Shown here: in pieces, positions 12,077 to 26,396 of the stretch
Layout of the letters: the number at the start of each line of letters is the position of its first letter
Numbering within the stretch: position 1 is the first letter of the stretch
NCBI GenBank assembly: GCA_002245135.1
Contig: NGBS01000583.1
Location: 434,001-498,000, forward strand
Length of the DNA stretch: 64,000 bases
Direction of reading: 5' to 3'
Source: Proteromonas lacertae
Taxonomy: Eukaryota
The notes under the pieces: generated by a model
Databases searched by the model: none
The model's input: the letters and a program-made list of their open reading frames with translations, nothing else
Told to the model about the DNA's origin: nothing
Program-made: the position numbers and the translations under genes

Positions 12077-15000
12077 TATTATATAATTAGAATGTTTTAT
12101 CATCCAATCCTGTAATATTAGAAACATTAAATGCAACAGAAAAAGACTTTAACAATAATCCTTTATTATTGCCATCTTATGTATTAGAATGTAAGAATAC
12201 AGAACAGTTAAGAAACCCAGATAAGTCAATAGGTCCAGGTGAAAATGGTAAACCAGTGACAGTTTCAAAATTATTTAAAATGCATCATCGAATAATTAAA
12301 TATCTGAAAGAAGTACAAGAAAAGAAGAAGAAAGAAGAAGAAGAAAACCAAAAGAAGAGAAATAGAGAAATGTTTGACAATAATAATACAGGCGATATGT
12401 TAGAAGAATCCAATAATTCATTGAGTGACACACATTTTGAATCACCAGACGAAGAATCAACTTCACCATCAGATACTTATATTAATCATCATCATCAAAT
12501 ACAAAAACCAACAACAGCAAATACAACTTCATCTACATTATCATCTACAAATTCAAACAAAATGAAATCTCGTACAGGATCTCCCTATACAAGATCATCT
12601 ACAGCAACAACACAGAAGTCAAATAAATCAAATAATGCATTAGTAGTTAGAAAGAGTAGTAGAGCAAGTTCACCAAAACATAAAGTAGAATCAGGGAGAA
12701 GTAGTTTCTTAAATATATCATCCAGACCTCCAACTGCAGGAGGTAGAATACCTAAAAAAAGAGAAAGTGGTGTAGATTATAAATCAGTACGATGTCCATC
12801 CGCTAAAGATCCATCACAATGGACAATACATGCAGAGCAACAAATAGATCGTTTAGCTGAAGAAAGATTGATGTTGAGAAAAGTAGATTTGTACTATGGA
12901 GATCCAGCTGCTGTTAATGTTTACGTTGGTATTAATAATTTAAATCAATCACCAACTGATCATGAATTTATTGAATTTAAAGTTAAATATCAACAATTAT
13001 TAGATAGTATTTGCCCTGAAGAAATCGATGAATTAGTTACTGATACTATACCTCCACCATCTTTGATTATATTATTTGGTATGATTTATGCAATGAAATA
13101 TTCAGTCAGTATCGTATCATCGTTAAATGTACCAAGTTGGAAAGTAATCTCAAAAATAGTAGTTCCATTTAGTAATAATATCATTTATCTAAGACAATTT
13201 AAGAAGAAACAATTATCAGAAACACAAGTAAAAGCAATGGGTAAGTTTTATAAGAATATGAATTATATGCCTGAAACTTTGGATGACATTAATCCAAGTG
13301 TATCTTCTCTTAGAGATGCAATTCATTTATTATTAAATCAAAGACAATATCTACCTTGGATGACTACTGTATTGAAATCAGATCAACAATTGGCTATTAA
13401 AAAAGAACCTTCTGATTGTATATTTTATTAATATATTTATTATTATTATTAATAGATGATAAACCAGTAAAAACAGTTAAGCCAAAGAAGGTAAACAAAA
13501 AGTTTTCACCAACCACTTCACTGCCAGCAATTGTATATATTCAACCAATGAATACATTCTATCCTTGGGCAAAGAAAGAGAAGTTAAAGCCATTACCAGG
13601 TGAAAGAGATAGAAGAAAAGCAATTGAAAAACTAACAGAGTCATTAAGATCTTCTAGGAAGAAGAAATCAACAACAACAACAATAAAGAAATTCAATGAA
13701 ACAGCTCCAGCTGTTGTTCAACCAACTTATACTCCTTTATTAGAATTGAATTTAGATGATGATAATGATTCAGTTGAAGTATCTCCTTTGTCTCCAACAG
13801 CTGATGAAATAGAAGAAGAGAAGAGAAAAAAAATAGAGGAAAAGAAAGAAGAAAGAAGGAGGAAATTAGAACAAAAACGAAAAGAAAGAGAAGAAAAAGA
13901 AAGATTAGAAAGAGAAAGGATAGAAAATGAAAGATTAGAACAATTAAGAATAGAAGAAGAAAAGAGAGAACAAGAGCGACAAAAACGATTAGAAGAAGTG
14001 AGGAAAAGAGAAGAAGAAGAAAGACTATTTGAAGAAGAATTAAAGAGAAAAGAAGAAGAAAGGAAGAAAGCTGAAGAAGAATTAATGTTTAAACCACAAT
14101 CTGTTAAAGTGGAATGGTTACCAATGTCTCCTGAAAATGATGCTGAAGAAGAACAACAACCATCAGTAGAAAATAGTTTGAAATCACTGTGTTACGATGA
14201 TGGTGAAGGTAGTGAAGAAGAAGGAGAAGAAAATGGAAAAGTGGTAAAAGAGGTAATAGATGATATAATATTAGCATTTGAAGTACAAATTGAAGAAAAG
14301 ACTGATGCTGATTTAGATGAATATGTAAATGGTTATATTAATCAACTGCTGGTAATTCAGAAAGCAGAAGAATTATTAAATAATACAACAAATACATCAC
14401 TCAGTTATATTGATTTTTCCACTTCTAGTCTTGTAATAGAAAAGAATAGCAAATTTACAGAAACAGCAGAAACTCCAGTAATCGATTTTATAGAAGAAGG
14501 AGGATATGATTCAGCTTCTTTTGATTTGTCGGGTTATGCACAAGAATATGTAGATGGAGTAATACCTGAAGTAATTGATGAAATGAAAAAAGAAGAAGCA
14601 GAGAATGAATTGGAAGAAGAAAGTAAAAATACTGAAGAATTGAATTATGATATTGAAGTGATAGAATACCTTGAAGATGAAGAAAAAGTGCAAATCAATT
14701 ATGATGAAGTAGAAGATCCAGGATTAGAGATGGAGAATGAAAACGAAGAAATGAATCAAGAAGAAGAAGAGGAACCATTACAAGATATTGTAGATGAAAC
14801 TGAAAATAATGATAATAATAATGAAAATACATTTATGGAATCTGGTAATATGGATGAGACTTCATTAGATAGAGATTATAAAGATCAAATAGTGGGTGAA
14901 ATAATAGAACAAAATAAAGAAAATCAATAATGAACAAGAAACAATAAAAACAAGAAAAGTGAAAGTATAAATATGAAGATTGATGAAGAAGAACAACAGA

Positions 15001-15417
15001 AGAAATGATCATATACAACAGTCAGAAGAAACAGAAAGAAGAAGAAGCAACAGAAAGAAGAAAACTGAGAAGAGACAGTCAGAAGAAATGAAGATGGAAG
15101 AAGAAGAAAAAAACTAAGAATTGATAATGAAAATGATAATGAAGGAGAATAATGATAATTAATGACAAACTAATGAATCTGGTAATATGGATGAGACTTC
15201 ATTAGATACAGACTATAAAGATCAAATAGTGGGTGAAATAATAGAACAAAATAAAGAAAATCAATTTAATGACACACTAGGAGCAACAATAGAAAGTAAT
15301 GGTGATGAAAAGGAAGAAGAAGAAGAGACTGAAGAAGAAACTAGTGAAGAAGAAGAAGAAGAAGAAGAAACTGAGGGAGAAATTGAAGGAGAAACTGATT
15401 ATGATGATGATATATAA
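11366..15417 (+). CDS. Large low-complexity/coiled-coil acidic hypothetical protein; the 3' end is disrupted around a duplication
   Basis: Six short GT-AG introns join exons from ATG 11366 to ORFs 12169-13431 and 13416-14930. Glu-rich tail; ORF 15187-15417 repeats the end of the previous ORF. Confidence 0.55.
14838..15264. repeat. 90-bp direct repeat (14838-14927 and 15175-15264, 2 mismatches) around a degenerate purine-rich spacer
   Basis: GAATCTGGTAATATGGATGAGACTTCATTAGATA...AAAGAAAATCAA occurs twice and encodes ESGNMDETSLD(R/T)DYKDQIVGEIIEQNKENQ. Confidence 0.9.
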
Positions 15418-15502
15418 TATATATTTAAGTTATTAAATTATATATGTATTTTGTTATTAATAATAAATAGAATGAGAAAAAAGAAGAACGAAAAAATGAA
15501 TC

Positions 15503-16402
15503 TTAATTAAATTTAGGCTTTTTTGTTTCTGGGTTATCCAATGCATCTGATGCTCTTTTCACTGTATTACTATAAGTATTTAATACAACACCACTCTATG
15601 TATCAATGAATATATAAAAATATACAGCTTGAGGAAATTTCTCTAAAATCCTTTGTTTTTTTTTCTTTCTTTCTATTATCTCATCTTTAAATCTCATTTT
15701 CCAAGAATGAATCAATTCTTCAATTTTATCTAACACAGTTTGTGGTAATAATGTTTCTTCTCTAAATGTTTTTATTGCTTTTATAATTTTTGATGTTTTT
15801 ATGATTTTTAATGTTAATGGAAGGTTTTCCATTTTATCTAATATTGGTATAAGATCATTAAAATTCCCCCATTTTGATTGTTCTCTCATTTCATCAACTA
15901 ATGACTTTAAATCTGTTGCTTTTGGAATGTAATTTGATATTTTTGTTGGATCTGGAAGACTTAACTTTACAGTTGGCTTTACTAGATTAGGTTTAGGAAT
16001 AGGAGGAGGAGGTTCTGATATTTTATCTTCTGGTAGCTCAGGTAACTGTGATTCTGGTATTGCTCCGATTAATATGTTTCTATCTATTACATCTCTATGT
16101 CTTATTAAGCAACCCTGAGCTACATCTGAAATAAGACGAGATTCATGTGTAGCTAATGTTCTTAATGTCTCAAACACATCTTTACATTCCTAGATGTGAT
16201 ATAATCATATAAATTTACTTCAACATCTCTAATCTGTATATTTAATTCTTTTATCTCTTCTAACAGACATCCAATTGTCAACTTCCACTAAATCATATAA
16301 TTACTTAAAGTATACATGTCTTTCCATTTCCAGTAGATGTTGTAATTCATTATTTTTCATTCTCAACTTCTTTTGAACATATTCGTTGTTTGTATTACTC
16401 AT
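15503..16402 (-). CDS. TFIIS N-terminal (LW/Med26-like) domain protein
   Basis: ILDKMENLPLTLKIIKTSKIIKAIKTFR...IEELIHSWK resembles the TFIIS-N helical bundle; three GT-AG introns. Confidence 0.55.
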
Positions 16403-16559
16403 AAAAACAATTTCTATTGTCAAACCTTTCAAGCCAATTTTTGTTCTTTCCAATTTTTTAAAGATATAAATATTTTTTAGCATTCAATATTGTTAAAACG
16501 ACAAATACACATACACTAGAAAATATATTCCATAAAAAAAACTAACAATAAAAATGAAT

Positions 16560-17801
16560 TTAAGCTGTATTTTGTATAGTACTAGCTTCTTCTCTTCTTA
16601 TTATATCTCGCCATTTATCAATTTCGTCTAATAACAAATATAACACTTTAAGTCTATCTGATTCATATTTCAAATGTGAATATTCATTCAGAATGGCAGT
16701 AATGAATAAATTCTCTTTAAATCCAAATCCATACGACAATAAATTGTATGTAGTACATGGTTTTATATAATCTTTATCTTTCAAACAAAGCTTCTGATAT
16801 CTTAAACACCTTTCGTGAATAACTTTAAAATAATTATATGTAAATGGAGTAACCATCTTTTCAACTTGATCCAGCATTACTAATTCATGTTTAACTTCAT
16901 CAATAGTTAAATTATCAATTCGATCAGGCAGTTTAACTGTTGATATTAATGATACATTAGTTGTAGGAATTGAATCATCATGAAACATGATATGAAATGT
17001 GTCAAATCTTGATGTTAATTCAGGATTTGAAGATAAAGGAACTATTGATTGAGACTGTTGAGATTGTGATGGTAATGATTGTTGATTCTGTATATCATTA
17101 ATTCTTATATTACCAGTCAGTGATATTCTATTCCTTGTTTGATTTGACACAGGAATAATTGATGTAAAATGAGTATTACTATTTCTTCTATTATTTGATG
17201 GTGGTGGAATATTATTTAAGTCTGAAACTACTACAGTTCTTGTTTTTGGATGTGGTCGTCGTATACTTGACATACAATATAATGGTGGAGTTGTTGTTGG
17301 AGTTTCATCTAAAGTATTTCAATTGTATTAAATGTTTTGTGATTTTATCTGGATAATATGGTTTTGAGCAAATTGGATTGTGCGATAAATTCAAATGAGT
17401 CAAATTATTACACTTTTTTAATGGATAAATGTCATAATAGTTTGAAATTACATTATCTGAAAGATCAATTTTCTTCAAGTTTATTAAAAGTTGACATTCC
17501 GATGGTAAACTCTATATGAATGAATGAATATAAAATAATATATTTATACACTAATAAAATTTCCTCTCAAATACAGCTCTTTCACTGTTTTGAAATTACT
17601 ACATATATCTAGAAATCTTATTCTATTAAATTCCGCATATATCACTTCAATGTTTGAATATTTGAAAAATAGTTTTAAATTACTAAGGCTTTGATCATTT
17701 GCCTTAATAGTGTGAGGATCAATTCTATATTTGTCTCTATTACTATAAAACTTGCATTAAATATACGTATCATCATTATTATCACTTTCTATGGAAGGCA
17801 T
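16560..17801 (-). CDS. SDS22-like leucine-rich repeat protein; 5' exons are missing from the ORF track; one apparent frameshift near 17315
   Basis: Spliced TVKELYLRGNFIS, LKKIDLSDNVIS, LTHLNLSHNPIC...PYYPDKI (LRR cap). The frame continues into ORF 16560-17273 if one base is removed in TTGAAATACTTTAGAT. Confidence 0.65.
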
Positions 17802-17884
17802 TTGATGTTTAAGAAAAAAACAAACAGTCTCAAACCTTTAGGTTTGATCTTTTAATCGTTTCTTTAAATTAAAAAAACAATTTA

Positions 17885-18687
17885 ATGGTATAATTATGGC
17901 TTATTAATACAAAATATAGAATTCTTTACTTTATAAATATGTCTCTGAAGAACAAGTGATAAATTTAGAGAGTATAACAGATGTTGAAGAATGTAAATCG
18001 TATTATTAATTCATTATATTGTTTAGAACATTAATGGAATATATTGGGAAAATAAAACAAGTGAAAACTGAACTTGAAGAGAAAATATTAACTGATTTCT
18101 TTTTCTACTTATTAGTGTTTTGCAGAAGGCAAAGATTTACACCTGATAAAATCTCAACACTAATGGCTATTGGGAAAAAACTATTTAGAGCAGATATAAA
18201 ACATGGAACAAGATCAATGAAAGATAGTTTTCAACATTTTCGAACTTTACTAATATCACACAGTGTAGATCGATCTCCTAAATTTATAAAAGTGTTTGAA
18301 TATGAAGATGCTGAGGCTATTTTGGATTATATGTATCAAACTTATTATAGACATTATAAATGGTATTCTTACATCTTTACACCTGAAGTTGAAATGACTA
18401 TACAACAGGTTAATCCATTCACAGTTTTAACACCACAATATTTCAGACCATTGACTGAAGCTATTCCATTAGAAACACATGATAAACCAAAACCAGAAGA
18501 ACCAAATGAAAGTGATGAACAACAACCTCAAGAAGGAGATGAAGAAAATACAAACAATGAAAATAAAGAAAATGAAAATATTGATAGTAAAAGTACTGAT
18601 GGTAAGAAGAAACCATCCCAAACTAGTTCACAGGTGAGTAGTAAAAATGCGAGCAGACAAGCAACACCAAGTCCTACTAAATCTTAA
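17885..18687 (+). CDS. Flagellar central-pair C1a-32 / CFAP119 (CCDC189)-like protein
   Basis: ILTDFFFYLLVFCRRQRFTPDKISTLM, HSVDRSPKFIKVFEYED, TYYRHYKWYSYIFT; intron directly after the ATG (17888-17919). Confidence 0.8.
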
Positions 18688-18799
18688 GAATAGAGTGTTA
18701 TAGTATTGTTTAATGTATTTAAAATAAATTATATTGTTTTTTTGAGGTATTTAGATGAAAAAAACAATTTACATGTAATTTACTTGTCTTTACATTTTG

Positions 18800-19942
18800 A
18801 TGATTATTTCTATATATGAAAGCTGTGATAATATTGAAATGTATTTAAGGTGAACTTTTTATAAAAATAGATTAAATAGAATAGTAATTATTCATGAGGA
18901 AGACAAGATCAAAATATTGAACAAAGATAATAGGGAACATATATGTTCAAAAGTTTTGCTGAAAGAACGGAGTAAATATTTTAATCAACTACTATCAGAA
19001 CAACCTGATACTACTGAATATAGCATACCTATGGATTTACAAGTCACTGCTCTTGGTATTGGACTTGCTTTAAATTATTTACATTATGGATGTGTATTAT
19101 TATTTAAATATTTCATAGATTGAAATTGATGAAGATAATGTCGTTTCTCTTTTGCAATCTTCTATATTATTGGGTATCCCTCAATTATTAGATCAAATAT
19201 TATTGTATTTTTATTCAATTAAATTGTCTAGAGTAGTTAATAATTACGTAACAAAGTACAATATTGATAGATTATATTCACTCTCTAAATGTGATGAATT
19301 ATTAAATAAAAGATTCACAGAGTATGTTATAAACAATACTGAAGTCATATTTGACAATTGTATAGTTATTATTGTTTTATTAAATGATTAGTATCACAAT
19401 TATCAATTCAATATATATGGGAGATTCTTACTTTACAGAATATTACTATAAGAAATGAAGTATATATACTAGAGAAACTAATAGAATATTATCATAATTA
19501 TAATTATAAATTCAATGAAGGTAATAATAATAATAATATTGATAATTCTCCAGCATTAACATTTGTATATAATATTCAATGGAATAAAATACCATATTTT
19601 ATGTTTTCTAATTATTCACCTAAGTTATTATTTAATATACCAGAAAAAGTGTTTGATGAAATAAAAGATATATCAATGAATTCAAAGCAAATGCAATATC
19701 CATTTGTATTTAATGAAAGACGTTATACTCGTATATTTCTCTCTTACTTTTTGTACTTTATATATATATATATCAAAAATAGAAGTTTATGTTAATGATG
19801 GATATATTTTAGGTTTATTTAAACCATATAATGTTTTTACAACTACAAAGATCAAGATAGACTCAACATCAATAGTTGATGCACAGATTCCTACTTTGAT
19901 GAATGCTATACTGCAGTTTAAGAATCTTGAAAGCATTTCTAG

Positions 19943-19974
<32 letters not shown>

Positions 19975-21399
19975 ATAATGATTAGTTCATCTACTAAGAC
20001 ATTCTTTCTCTCATACACTAATGAATACAATTATAAAATCAGATTTTATTGATAAATTAAAATCCCTTACGATCGATAGTGATAATTATATAATAGACGA
20101 ACTTTGTGCAGTTTCATTGCCATCTTTACATACTCTATCAATTCCATATTGTTATAGTGGTGAAAAGTTGAGTAGTTTTTTTGATTCAAAATTACTAAGT
20201 AAATATGAAAATATTGTATCACTTGATTTATCATGTATAATTATATATTATTATTATTATTATTATTGTGTAGATAATTTTATTACATTTCCAGTGTTAG
20301 AAAATCTATGTATAGTCTTAGAGAATACATCATTAATACCTCAATTAACATCAATAAATTTGGCTGGAAATGTTCTTACAATGTTAGATAATATGTTTTA
20401 TACATCTCTGAATGTATCAAAACGACAAATAGAATCTATAAACCTATCATGTATAATTATTGGCATATACCATTTTTTATAGATTGTTCAATAAATAGAG
20501 TATCAAATAATTTTCCATTGTTGTTCAAAGACAATTACAGAATTAAAAGAATATATTTTGCACATAATCTTTGTGGTGATGATATTATCAATTATATCAG
20601 TGATGCAGTAGAAAACAATCAGTTAAATCTATTAGAAGTAATTGACTTGAAACAGAATAATATCACCAATAGAGGATTAGTAAAATTTCTTCAATCTTTA
20701 AATTCATTTCTAGCTCCTAATATTACACAACTATCATTAGGCTGGAATTTAATTACTTCTCCAACATTAGATATAGCTAAAATATGTTATAAACATATAT
20801 TACCGAATCTTTGTGTTTATGATTTTTCTAGTATATATATTATTATTATTTATGATAATATAGATAATCAAATAGGTAATACTAAATTATTAATTGCATC
20901 TTGTCTAATACCAGCAATGAATAATTTAAAATATATTATATTAGGTGGGAATAAAATTGGTACAACTGGAATAACTCATCTTCTTTATCTATTAAAATCA
21001 TTACAAAATATTTCATTGATTTATTTAGATATTAGTAATAATAACATTCAGCATAGCGACAAAATATTGAGTTATTTAACAAAAATAAATCGCAGTGAAT
21101 TGAAAGATATAAATTTAAATGACAATAGAATAGGAAATAAATATTTTCAAATTATTATTCAAGCCATAGAGAATGTCAGTTGGCCTGTATTGGAGGTGTT
21201 AAGACTAAGATGTAATCATTTAAGAACATCAGCAGTATTTCCATTAATAAAAACATTACAGACATTAAAATATCAGAATAAGTGTAAGATAAAATATATC
21301 CTATGTGAAGGGAATTATATATCACCTTCTTTTTTCACTAGTTTAGTTTTGTTGGATATAATTGGAGAAGGAAATGTAAAAGCTTATGATTGGGAATAG
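18800..21399 (+). CDS. BTB/POZ + RNI-like leucine-rich repeat protein
   Basis: BTB-like CSKVLLKERSKYF...LALNYLHYGCIEIDEDNVVSLLQSSILLGI; repeated LxxIDLxxNxI units; about 8 short introns. Confidence 0.7.
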
Positions 21400-21461
21400 A
21401 TTATTTTAATATACATCACATATACACATTTAGTAACATTAACTACAATCTAAAATTTATT

Positions 21462-22282
21462 CTATTTATTATCTTTACTTTCATGATTATTTTCAAAGAA
21501 CATAAAATCAATTAAAAACACTGCACCAAACACTATCATTCTCTCATTTAAGTTCATATTAGGTGGAAAATCCAGTGAGAAAGTGTCAGCATCAGTAAAC
21601 ATCTCTTTACAACAACCAGAATATACTTTACGAATTTGACCGGTTGTATCACTTTCTCCTTCTTTCTGAATGTTAAATACAATTTTATCAAATGGAGCAC
21701 AGGGTAAAGTGCAACATTTACCACATTGACAACAAGGACCATATATTGTACCAATTCGTTTATTTTGATGGTCATTAATTGCGAATTTATCACCACAACC
21801 TATAATGTTTTATTAATTATAAAAATACAGGTAAATTTGTTTTGAATTTTACCAATTAATTGATCAGCACCATCAAATACATTTATGTATGGTAAACAAC
21901 AACATCCACAACAATCATAGACACAGGGCTTTTCTATAACCATAATTTTAGCTTTAGTAGCAGGATCAATAACATCGATGTTTGTACTTACCCATGCTCC
22001 ACATTGTCTTAAACAGCAGTTATTTCTTTCGTAGACCTAATGATGAGAATATAACGATAATAAAGTATACTCTATAAATTGGATTGGCAGATCTATCTAC
22101 TCCTCCATCTTTGTTAGGAACATATACAGCATATTGATTAGCTTGATCATACCCAACAAGTACATCACCCCATTCAACTTTTTGTTTAATAACAAGTGAT
22201 TGAGCTAATAAAAATAGTAAAAATATAATAAAATACTGCTCATAAGAGCCTGAAATGGACTATTAGCAGCTACAGGTTGCAT
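21462..22282 (-). CDS. Phospholipid scramblase family protein
   Basis: Spliced translation contains VGYDQANQYAV, CCLRQCG, IEKPCVYDCCGCLP, FTDADTFSLDFPPNMNLNERMIVFGAVFLIDFMFFE; not in the ORF track in this frame. Confidence 0.85.
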
Positions 22283-22417
22283 AACTGTCAATATCAAAAA
22301 TTCAATTTTTAAAAAGTTTAATATTAAATTAGATTTAAAAATATTTTGATAATCACAAAATAAAATAAAATAAATAAGAATGAATTTAAATATGACACAA
22401 CATAAGAATATACAATT

Positions 22418-22941
22418 TCACAAACTATCATCAGAGTCAGAATCTTCTTCAGATTGTTGTAACTGTTCTTCTTGATATACATTTTCAAATGATGAAGGAT
22501 ATTCAATTGAAGAAGAATACTAAAATATAGATTTTTGAATAAAATACTGTACTACTGTCTAAATCATCACTCTTCATATTATTACGGATTTGTTCATCCT
22601 ATATATTCATAAATTCGATTAACAATACTCTAACTTTCCACACATCATATAATTTACCTGCTTCTCTCAAATAATTTTGTTTTAATTGTTCTAATTTTGG
22701 ATCTAAACCTTCATAAAGCACTTTTGATAAGTTCTCTATCTCATCTTGAATATCTAAATTGTTATTTCATAAAAATACTCTTCTGAAGTTCATCACATTG
22801 ATCTAAGTCATTTCTATATTTTTCTCTACTGAAAACTTCTTTCTGTTGCAATCTTGACAAATAATCTCTATAGGCTTGTTCAGAGCTCTTTTTCAGTGCT
22901 TTAAGTTCTTCTGCTTTCATTTTTTCTGTGACACTATTCAT
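22418..22941 (-). CDS. Small coiled-coil hypothetical protein (not in the ORF track)
   Basis: ATG 22941; three GT-AG introns keep one open frame MNSVTEKMKAEELK...EEDSDSDDSL to TGA 22418-22420. Confidence 0.6.
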
Positions 22942-23027
22942 ATTTCCTTTGCTTTTAATTCAAATTTTAAAAATGTAATACTGACAAAGGTAATTTACAT
23001 TTTTACTTAAATCCAATTTTTGAAGTT

Positions 23028-25165
23028 ATGTCTGAATATGAATTAATTTTAAAGGGGGATTATGTATCAGCAGTTGATGTATGCAAAGAAAAGTTGGAAA
23101 GCAATAAGAGTAGTGAAGAATTGCAATGTAATCTTGCTTACTGTTATTATAGTATGAATTAAAATAGTAATTATATTTTATTTATAGAGATTGATATGTT
23201 TAGGAAAGCTATTACTACATGTGATACAGTTTTACAGTCTACATCCTAATTCTGCATTTGCTTACAAAATAAAATGTATAAATTTTTTGTTTATTGCTTG
23301 ATAAATAGTACTCACCCTAATCGCTCAAGAAAAGAAAAAGCAATTTGAAGAATGCAAAAATACTGCTTTAAACTGTAGACCAAATAGTGGATTGTTATTA
23401 GTTTGGCAAGAGATTGCTGACATGAAATATCAAGAAGAAAATAATACTATCCCTCCACTTCCTGTTTCAAATTCTACTCCAACACCAACACCAACTCCAG
23501 CAGCAAAGCCATCAAGTAAATCAACAGAACAAAAAGAAAAAATCACATTAAACCAAGCATTTGCAAAACAACAAATCGCAAAGCCAAAGAGTATAATGAC
23601 TGAATTAGAAATGACTCAAAAGATTCAACAAGGAGTTTCACTTGTATAAAATACATTGTTACTATCATTATTTTAAAATAGATAAACACTGGAAGACACA
23701 AAGAAGGTCTTAAAATATTTGATGATTTATTATCTGATGATGAAAACAATGTATTTGCATTAGTAGCTAGAGGGACATGTTTAGCATTATTAAACCAATT
23801 AGATGCAGCAATAACAGATTTTACAAATGCAATTAAAGTGTTTCCAAAGTTACCAGATGCTTATCGTAGAAGAGCTCAATGTTATGGTGCAAAAGGTAAA
23901 GTGGCAGACGCAATAAAAGATTTAAATGAGTATATATTATTATTATTATATATTAATAGAGCTATTAAATTGGAGAATAATGATCAAGATTATGAAACAC
24001 GAGGATCATTTTATTTGCAAAACCAACTACCCGAAAGTGCAAAATTAGATTATGAAAAAGCACTTGAAATAAAACCAACCACACAAAGATACTATGGATT
24101 TGCTACTAGTTTTATAGAAACAGGTGATTTAGATAAAGCAATATCATTATTCAAAGATGGTTTAAAATATGATTGTAAAGATAAAGAGTTATATTACGGA
24201 TTAGGAAGATGTTATCAGACTTTAGGTGATGAAAAGAATGCATTATATTATTATAATAAATCAATAGAATTAGATCAAAGATTTGTTAAAGCATATAACT
24301 TAAAAGCATTGACATTATATGGTTGTGGTAGATTAAATGAAGTTATTAAGAATAATGAAATTGCATTAAAAATACATCCTTTTGATGATTTATATCAGAT
24401 ATTAGGAAATTGTTATTTCTCAATTGGGCATTTGAAAGATGCATATAAAACCTATTCAGATGCGATTAAAGCAGATCCTGCCTCTACTGCATTTTATTTG
24501 AGAGAGTTTGTTGCTCATTGGTCTTATGCTATTAATCTACCATTAAAAGCATTTAATTATGATTCAATGTTGAATGAAAAATTGAAAGAATGTTATAGTA
24601 AAAGAAGACCAGCTAATACAGTTGATTTATCAGAAGTAATCAAGAAACCATCTAAGAATATATCTAACGATTATGTAGAAAATATTAAACTAGAAAGTGA
24701 GTTAATAAAAATAATAGAAAAGATGGATTTTATAGGTAAAATGCTCCAATTGAAATGTAAAGGATTTTTACCAAATCAAAGACAACATAGAATGTGTGCT
24801 TTAGCTGTATATCAAATGTCAAGATATTTAAAAAAACAATTAGAAAAGAATGAAGAACCAGATATTATTGTCTTTTTAGAATTAGGGGTTAGATGGAGGC
24901 AAATTTCTGAACCTTTTGATCCAGTTTGGTGGATTCATAAATTACCCAAAAAATCATTTGAAGAAGGTTATGGATTGAGTACACCCATGTTTCGTGCATT
25001 TAATAAAGTAACCAGATATTATCCATATTATAAGAAAGGAATGGAGTTATTACAGAAATATACTGATGAACAATATCCATTAACTGATAATATGAGATCC
25101 ACTATATTGAATGCAAAGAATGTTACTGAAATATCTAAAACAATGGGAAGAAATATATCATTTTT

Positions 25166-25202
<37 letters not shown>

Positions 25203-25782
25203 TCTTTAATTTCATTTTTACTATTATGTAGCTGTACCATGTTATTCAATTAGAGAACCAGGTTTAACATTTGAATCAACTAGAATCACTTTATCCAGAC
25301 AAGATAATAACCCTGATTATGTAGAATTCGCTATTAGAACTCCAGGTATTCCAAACAGATTTGAAGTAGTAATGAATGAATTGAAATATGTTTGGAGTAA
25401 TTTGATAGAATATATTAAAGCTAAAGATTACCCAAACATATTGAAATGGTCTTATTATTTATTCTTTTATTATGTTGTATTTGCTCCATTAACAAGAGGT
25501 ACTGCTGCTACAGGTTATGTAGTGTTATACTCAGTATTATTAGCAAGTGGAGTCTATTTAAATACACCAATGCAAGAGAATGTGCAATTGGATTGGGAAT
25601 CTATATTTGGACAAAAACCAGATGAATTTTATGAAAGTGGTTAGTGTATATTTATATATATATATTTATTTATATAGAAAGATTACACTATTACTAATTT
25701 ATTAAATGAAATACCAGATGTTGATTTTAATGAATTATCATTAGGAAAGTGTTTAGCTATGCTTAATTATCACAATTTGTAG
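23028..25782 (+). CDS. TTC13: TPR protein of the TTC13 / SRFR1 family
   Basis: TPRs followed by PNQRQHRMCALAV, VRWRQISEPFDPVWWI, RYYPYY, ESTRITL, AIRTPG, PLTRGTAATGY, QLDWE; one AT-AC intron; apparent frameshift near 23237. Confidence 0.85.
25155..25221 (+). other. AT-AC (U12-type-like) intron, 67 nt, in TTC13
   Basis: ATATCATTTTTC-(TA)n-TGTTTCTTTAAT-TTCATTTTTAC. Removal gives MGRN|YYVAVPCYSIREPGLTFESTRITL in frame. Confidence 0.85.
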
Positions 25783-25902
25783 ATTATGGAGTTAAATCAT
25801 TTCATTATTATATATTGTTTTGTATATATGTTTATATAACCCCCCATATGATAATATTTTTATAATATGTAAGAATATAACTATTTAAAAATAATTTCCT
25901 AC

Positions 25903-26336
25903 TTACTGTGATTCTGAGTCTTGTAATATTGGTGTTAATTCGTCTAAGAGTGCCTTTGCTTTAGTATATTGTTCAGTTCCATTAACTTGTTCATTATTGA
26001 CATATTGATCCTATAAATAAAATACATCTTTAACAATCATACCATCACTTCCTTAAAGTCTTGATAAGCACGTTCAAGACGAGCTCTTGCATCAGGAATA
26101 ACTAGATTAGTTTCTGCAACTACATCAGTCTATAACAAAGATATAAGTATGATTATTTCTTTTATTGCATATACTTGTTGTTGAATAGTATGTGCATCAG
26201 CGTTATCTTTCTTCAATTTATCTAATTTTTCTTCTTCTTTTGTTTTTTCTGTGATATACTCTTTCCATTCCTTGTAACATCTATTGCAAATACCATATTT
26301 TAAACGAATGTTCTTTTCTTCTGCTGTTTCTGGCAT
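25903..26336 (-). CDS. TBCA: Tubulin-specific chaperone A
   Basis: IRLKYGICNRCYKE...DAHTIQQQ|TDVVAETNLVIPDARARLERAYQD; two introns. Confidence 0.85.
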
Positions 26337-26396
26337 ATTTTCAAATTTAAAAAGTCAAGCTATAGTTTGAATTTTAAAATCGTTTTTTATTAAAAG

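Noticed and set aside
17575..17590. Suspected second frameshift in the LRR gene
   Set aside because: Recounting gives GTG AAA GAG CTG in frame.
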